A stretch of 64,000 bases of DNA from Eledone cirrhosa (Eukaryota): positions 336,784,001-336,848,000 of the forward strand of contig OZ024742.1 of assembly GCA_964016885.1 (NCBI GenBank). Reading direction: 5' to 3'. Below are positions 58,706 through 64,000 of this stretch, piece by piece (within the stretch, counting starts at the first letter, position 1; every line of letters starts with the position of its first letter). The position numbers were made by a program, and so were the translations under genes. The notes beneath the pieces were generated by a model. That model searched no databases. It was not told the origin of the DNA and worked only from the letters and a program-made list of their open reading frames with translations.

Positions 58706-59120
58706 ATACATATATATATATATATACATTTATATATATATATATATATATATACATTTGGCCTGCTGAAATCGCCTCTCACCCCCTCACTCTCTCTATC
58801 ATATACGCTGGTCTCACACTCCCCCTCACTCCTTGCCAACCAAATATAAATAAGTCATGCTACAGGGGACTAAACTCAGAATTTGTCTCCTATTATTGAT
58901 GGTCGCTTGTTCAGTTTTCTTCTACGAAATGTAACGTACATATCCATTTCTTCTCAACTCTCCACATTCGGTTCATTCATCTATATATCTTACAATCCCC
59001 CAGAATCAAAAATCGTATTCAAAATTGGCTTTCTATAATTCTGTTCTATCTCACCGTTGTTCTAAAAATAATTCTGCTCCTCGCAAACTACCCCATACCC
59101 CTCCCTCCCGCCCCCACTCT

Positions 59121-62100
59121 CCACCTTATTATTTGGACCAATCACAAGTAAACGACCTATGCTAGCACTTCTGGTTGCTTTTTCGATATGATGGATGAAC
59201 TAGGGAATTTCTGGAGAGTCAGAAGAATCTGGACACCCGAAGACAATGCAAAAGATAACGACAAATTCACCTCATGCTGCCGGACGAAAGGGCAAAGCCC
59301 CACCCACTTTGTTACGGCCGCGGATGGCCAACATAACCCCAACCTCATCAACCACACCCCTCCCTGCACCCCACCCACCAAACGCAATCCAAAACTTCAG
59401 AGTTGGTACCATGAATGTAGGGACCTTAAAAAACCGCTCAAACGAGGTTGTAGAAATGCTTGAACGTAAGGAGGTTGATGTCTGCTGCATCCAAGAGACC
59501 AGGTGGAGGGGCGGGTCTGCTAGATTCATTGTGGGTAAAAAACGATGATATAAGCTTTTCTGGGTGGGAAATGACAATGGGCTGGGTGGGGTAGGAATCA
59601 TGTTAGCAGAAAAATGGGTGGATAAGATAATAGATGTAAATAGAGTAAACGACGTAATAATTAAAATAAGACTTGTTCTAAATAGAACTACTGTGACGAT
59701 AATATCTGCGTACGCGCCCCAATCCGGACTGCCTGGCGCTATAAAAAACACTTTCTATGAGACACTGATGCTCACTACCTCCCAAATAACCGACAGTGAC
59801 TATATAATTATTGCTGGCGACCTAAATGGTCACGTTGGACAACATTATGACGGCTATGATGAAATCCATGGAGGCTATGGGTTTGGTACTAGAAATGAGG
59901 AAGGCTCCAGAATCCTGGAATTCTGTGACGCAAATAACCTAACAATCTGTAACACTAACTTCAAAAAACGAGACAATCACTTGATCACCTACAGATCAGG
60001 GGAACATACCAGCCAGGTAGATTATATCCTTACCAGAAGACGTGACAGAGTGACTGTTGTAAACACTAAATCCCTCCCCCATGAAGAATGCACCTCCCAA
60101 CATAGACTGATAATTAGCGACCTCATAGTCAGGACGAGACGTACTCAACAGCAGAAGAGGACTATCCTCAGGAGAAAAATATGGAAGCTAAAGGACCCCA
60201 CAGCCAGAAATAAATTTCAAAGCATATTACTTGACGCTTTCGACAGTAAGGAAGAGCATTTAGAGTCGGACAATATAGAGGGAGAGTGGGAATTCCTGAA
60301 AGCAAACCTGCTGATGGCGGCAGACGAAGTCTGTGGCCGGAGCAGGCCTATAGGCAGGAGGAGAGTAACATGGTGGTGGACCAGTAAGGTGGAGGAGTCG
60401 ATTAAGGCCAAAAAGCAGGCTTGGAAAATATGGCGGGATGGGGGAAGTAGAGAAGACTATCAAGTGGCCAGGAGGGAAGCTAGGAGACAAGTGTACTTTG
60501 CAAGAAGGGAAGCAGAGGAAAGAAAGTTCAAGCATGTTCTACAACGCGAGGACCGAAAACGTGAGGTGTTCAGGATTGCTAGGCAATGTGTCAAGGAAAA
60601 CCGTGATATTGTTGGGGAGAAGTGTGTACTAAATGATGATGGCGTACTCGCCATCACTGACGCTGATAAGTAGGTCGCTTGGAAGTGTCACTACGAGAGG
60701 CTACTAAATGAAGAGAATAAATGGGAGAAGGATAGTCTCCCCCAGATCGATCCAATAGAGGGACCAGCAGTGTTAGTTGAAGGTAGTATAATAAGTAAGG
60801 CGATCAAAGATATGAAGACGGGTAAGGCAGCTGGGCCTTCGGAAATAGTCGCTGAGATGCTGAAGGCCTCTGGAACGGTGGGACACACCATGGTTACCCG
60901 GATAGTAAACCAAGTCATACAGAATGGGGTTGTTCCGAAGGACTGGCGTAGCAGCATCATCATTAACTGTTACAAGGGTAAAGGAGACGCCCTAGATAGG
61001 AGTAACTATAGAGGGATTAAATTAATCGACCAGGTCATGAAGGTCACGGAAAAAGTAATAGTGCAACTAATCAGAGAGAGAATCGATCTAGATGAAATGC
61101 AGTTCGGGTTTGTGTCAGGCAAAAGTACCACAGACGCTCTTTTCATTGTACGACAACTACAGGAGAAGTACCTAGCTAAAAGTAAACCCCTATACTTAGC
61201 CTTTGTCGACTTGGAGAAAGCCTTCGACAGAGTCCCCCATTCCATTATCTGGTGGGCTCTTAGAAAACTAGGTGTTGACGAATGGCTTGTGAGAACTATA
61301 CAAGCCATGTATGAAGAAACAGTGAGCAAGGTTAGAATTAACAACGAATATAGTGAAGAGTTTCGCGTAAAAGTTGGTGTCCATCAGGGCTCTGTTCTTA
61401 GCCCCCTACTATTCATTATTGCTCTTCAGGCTATAATAGAGGAGTTCAAGACCGGCTGCCCATGGGAACTCCAATACGCAGATGATCTAACGCTCATAGC
61501 TGAATCAATGGCCGAGCTAGAGTAGAAATTCCAAACATGGAAGCACGGCCTAGAATCAAAGGGCCTTAAAATTAACATGGCTAAGACCAAAGTTCTAGTT
61601 TGTAGGAAAGAAAATAAGGCGCCGGTCCCTTCCGGGAAATGGCCATGCTCAGTGTGTAGGAAAGGCGTAGGTAGAAACTCCATTTTATGTCCCAAATGCA
61701 AAGTATGGGTGCATAAAAGATGTAGTGGGATCACAGGTAAGCAAACTAAGAACACAGATTTTACATGTGGCCGGTGCTCTGGTGCAATAAGTAGCAGCAA
61801 GTGCCCACAAAATACTAGCTCTTTCAACTGCGCAGAGGGTTCTATAGAAATAGTGGACAGCTTCCGTTACCTGGGTGACAAAATCAGCAGTGGGGGAGGG
61901 TGCTCCGAAAGTACAGTAGCTACAGTCAGAACTGGATGGAAAAAGTTCAGAGAGCTTATACCACTATTAGCTGCTAAAGGGTTCTCCCTAAAAGTGAAAG
62001 GCAGGTTGTATGATGCCTGCATACGAACAGCAATGTTGCATGGCAGTGAGACCTGGGCATTGTGTGCAGAGGATATACGCAGACTAGAGAGGAACGAAGC

Positions 62101-62931
62101 TTGCATGCTCCGCTGGATGTGTAATAGTAATATATGCGAACGGCAAAGCATAAACGAACTAAGGAAAAAATTAGAAATAAGAGGGATCAGATGTTGTTTA
62201 CTCGAGAGAAGGCTACGTTGGTATGGTCACGTGATGCGCATGAAAGACGACAGCTGTATAACAAAGTGCAGGGCAATAAAGATAGATGGTAGCCACGGAG
62301 TAGGCAGACCCAGAAAAACCTGGGACGAGCTGATAAATTCCGACCTCACACACTTACACCTCTCCAAGACAATGTCACTGGACCGAGACCTTTGGCGGTA
62401 CTCAGTAACAGAGAAGACCCGCGTTACCTAAATACAAAGTAAAACCTACTACAGTCAGTAGGCATCTCTAACAAAATACACCCCCGTCCCACCACCCCCA
62501 CCCCATCCACACCGCCCCTCTCAATGTAAAGTTATGTTGGTGCCACAAAATCCAGGCCGAAACAAATGAGATCGTGTAGGTATCACGAAAAAAAAACACA
62601 CAGTCCACGCTGTAATGTGACCGTGTAGGCAACACGGTAAAAACGTCCCAGTCCCACACTGTCAATGTGGTTGGTGTTAGGAAGGGCATCCAGCTGTAGA
62701 AAACCTGCCAGACAGTCCACGCTGTAATGTGGCCGTGTAGGCAACACGGTAAAAACCTCCCAGCCCCACACTGTAAATGTGGTTGGTGTTAGGAAGGGCA
62801 TCCAACTGTAGAAAACCCGCCAGACAGTCCTATGCGAGCAAGACAACCACTCTTGCCTCAAGTGGGAAAACTCCCGTCCAAACCCATGCAAGCATGGAAC
62901 ACGGACGTTAAACGATGATGATGATGATGAT
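59121..62931 (+). mobile_element. Near full-length RTE-clade LINE, copy 2, inactivated
   Basis: Colinear with copy 1 but with different stops (59546, 60671, 61523); ~115-bp duplication in the 3' UTR; the 5' end may extend to ~58757. Confidence 0.95.
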
Positions 62932-63699
62932 ATATACATATATATATATACATATATACATACATATATATATATATATGGTGGCTGCCAACTCGTTTTC
63001 GAGTACGGCCACTACTTTATATCCATGTAGGAGAACCCCTACTGATGCGCTGAACGAGTGTGACTTTTTAGTCCAGCCAGCGACTTGAAAGCTCTGGTAC
63101 AAACACTACACTTGTGACAATTATTGACACATAGTGCTGGGCCCATGGTACCATGTGACGACAAATGCAGAGAGATCTCCAGATATAAAGCAATGCCTGT
63201 GCCGTGAAGCTTTTATAGTGAGCAAAGGCACTGCACAAAGCCAGTCCCACTCTCTTGACCAAGATGATATTTACCAAAAAGAAGAACAAGTCAACATCAT
63301 TGGATACCATCAGGGTTGCAGGTGTTATATCAGAGTTTTCCTTCTCCTAGAATTCTGCCTTGACAAAGGCTAAGGGGTCATCTCTCCCGGTGATTTTGGA
63401 TGGCCATTGACTCTTAAGAGCTCCTTTGCCTTTTGACAGGTTTTGTTTTTAGTCCTGCAGGATGTCCAAAGTCACCCTCCTCACCAAGAAACCTTGGTGG
63501 GGTTGCCAGTTTAGTCGCCAACGACCCGACCATGGGACAGGTTGTACTGGAATACATGTTACCAGTAGCACCAATATATATACATATATACATACATACA
63601 TACATATATATATATACATATATATATATACATATATACATATACATATATACATACATACATACATATATATATACATACATATATACATATATATAC

Positions 63700-63800
<101 letters not shown>

Positions 63801-63823
63801 TATATACATATATATATACATAC

Positions 63824-64000
63824 ATCATCATCACCGTTTTACGTCCGTTCTTCCACGCTAGCATGGGTTAGACGGGTTGTCCTGTTGTGGGCAGTGTCTG
63901 GTCGGCTGACCATGCCTTGCTCATACAGGAACTGATCTGGCTTGATTTCTACAGCTGGATGCCCTTCCTAACACCAACCTCATTTACAGTGAGTGCTGGG
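63824..64000 (-). mobile_element. SINE family 2-like tail, runs off the window
   Basis: TTCTACAGCTGGATGCCCTTCCTAACACCAACCTCATTTACAGTGAGTGCTGGG as at 53969-54023. Confidence 0.8.

Overview
Eukaryotic, gene-poor, repeat-saturated DNA. The huge (TA)n/(CA)n tracts and the SINE/RTE tails resemble an octopus-like mollusc genome (inference). Most ORFs in the supplied track are microsatellite artefacts. Real coding remnants are decayed mobile elements: four Penelope-like elements (PLEs, RT/GIY-YIG; Neptune-like Cys linker in the two longest), an L1/Tx1-like LINE, RTE-type LINEs (two near full-length tandem copies with a PHD-like finger inside the RT), CR1-group and CRE-like fragments, Gypsy-like LTRs, a Helitron/Pif1 remnant, a Tc1/mariner MITE and tRNA-derived SINEs. 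There is also one disrupted host exon with five chitin-binding-like Cys repeats. The main hidden signal is catalytic RNA. At 48.57-52.38 kb, about 12 apparently identical 310-bp units form two divergent arms. Each full unit carries a complete type I hammerhead ribozyme (12 in total) inside a highly self-complementary monomer, i.e. a young retrozyme/circular-RNA-like array. About ten further, different hammerhead families lie in (TA)n tracts across the window, as PLE pseudo-LTRs or as stand-alone units. They show family-specific palindromic stem III, core variants (U3-A8, C4, U·U at the base of stem II) and very long stem II insertions. All folds were read by eye; no activity or database data are claimed.
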